Below are positions 63,901 through 64,000 of a stretch of 64,000 nucleotides of DNA, piece after piece (positions within the stretch are counted from its first letter, which is position 1; every line of letters begins with the position of its first letter). The DNA is taken from the NCBI GenBank assembly GCA_964513075.1, contig CAZELR010000008.1, forward strand, positions 23,876-87,875, written 5' to 3'. Below the pieces are notes generated by a model that worked only from the letters and a program-made list of their open reading frames with translations, was not told where the DNA came from and made no database searches. The DNA comes from an uncultured Anaerolineales bacterium. GTDB taxonomy: Bacteria > Chloroflexota > Anaerolineae > CG2-30-64-16. The position numbers and the translations under genes are program-made.

Positions 63901-64000
63901 GTTTCCTGATTATAACTCCGATAAGAGCGCATGGCAAAGGCGCGACCCCGGCTGCCAGAAATTCCAAAACTGGTCGCTGTAGACGTCTGGAATGGAGGCC

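Overview
This is a high-GC (~63-65%) bacterial chromosomal segment. Its gene content (PT-rich linkers, DUF5666 arrays, CHAT, FG-GAP) hints at a filamentous Chloroflexota-like organism, but I cannot confirm that without a search.

Positions 1 to ~13.4 kb hold a single tightly coupled minus-strand operon encoding a phage-tail-like extracellular contractile injection system (eCIS). It runs 5' to 3' as: sheath, tube, two unknown proteins, DUF4255 (Afp16/Pvc16-like) cap, AAA+ (Afp15-like) ATPase, a small protein, two unknown cargo/fibre candidates, a second tube-family protein, a LysM/gpX-like protein, a gpD-like hub, a gpV/Gp5 spike, a PAAR-like DUF4280 protein, gp25, and a baseplate-J-like gene that runs off the window. 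Seven 4-bp ATGA start/stop overlaps link the genes. There are no capsid, terminase, integrase or replication genes, so this looks like an eCIS rather than a prophage. The operon is preceded by an unusual AT-rich leader containing four tandem 12-bp inverted-repeat units.

Immediately upstream lie an SH3b lipoprotein and a membrane-anchored CHAT (caspase-like) protease fused to TPR repeats. The rest of the window is mostly housekeeping: aminotransferase, a giant FG-GAP/Ig surface protein, ybaK, sirtuin, an ECF sigma/anti-sigma pair with paralogous DUF5666 proteins, an IS630 transposase remnant, fhs, a MacB-like ABC/FtsX operon, tgt, uppP, a PstS-like protein, nusA-ylxR-infB-rbfA-nrnA-truB-ribF, thyA, era, yhhQ, pckG, mdh and ligA.

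Several short repeat families are notable. There is a REP-like double palindrome built on GAAACCGGGTTTC. There are GGTTGAAGGT and heptanucleotide tandem repeats that sit in-frame inside ribF (apparently fusing it to an archease domain), inside ligA, and at the 3' end of tgt. There is a 79-bp element present as a three-copy tandem array plus two dispersed copies, each directly upstream of a minus-strand start codon. No rRNA, tRNA or CRISPR array was seen.

One caveat: the displayed sequence appears to be shifted by 1 nt against the ORF table in at least one line (around 11041-11100). I took coordinates from the table by codon arithmetic.
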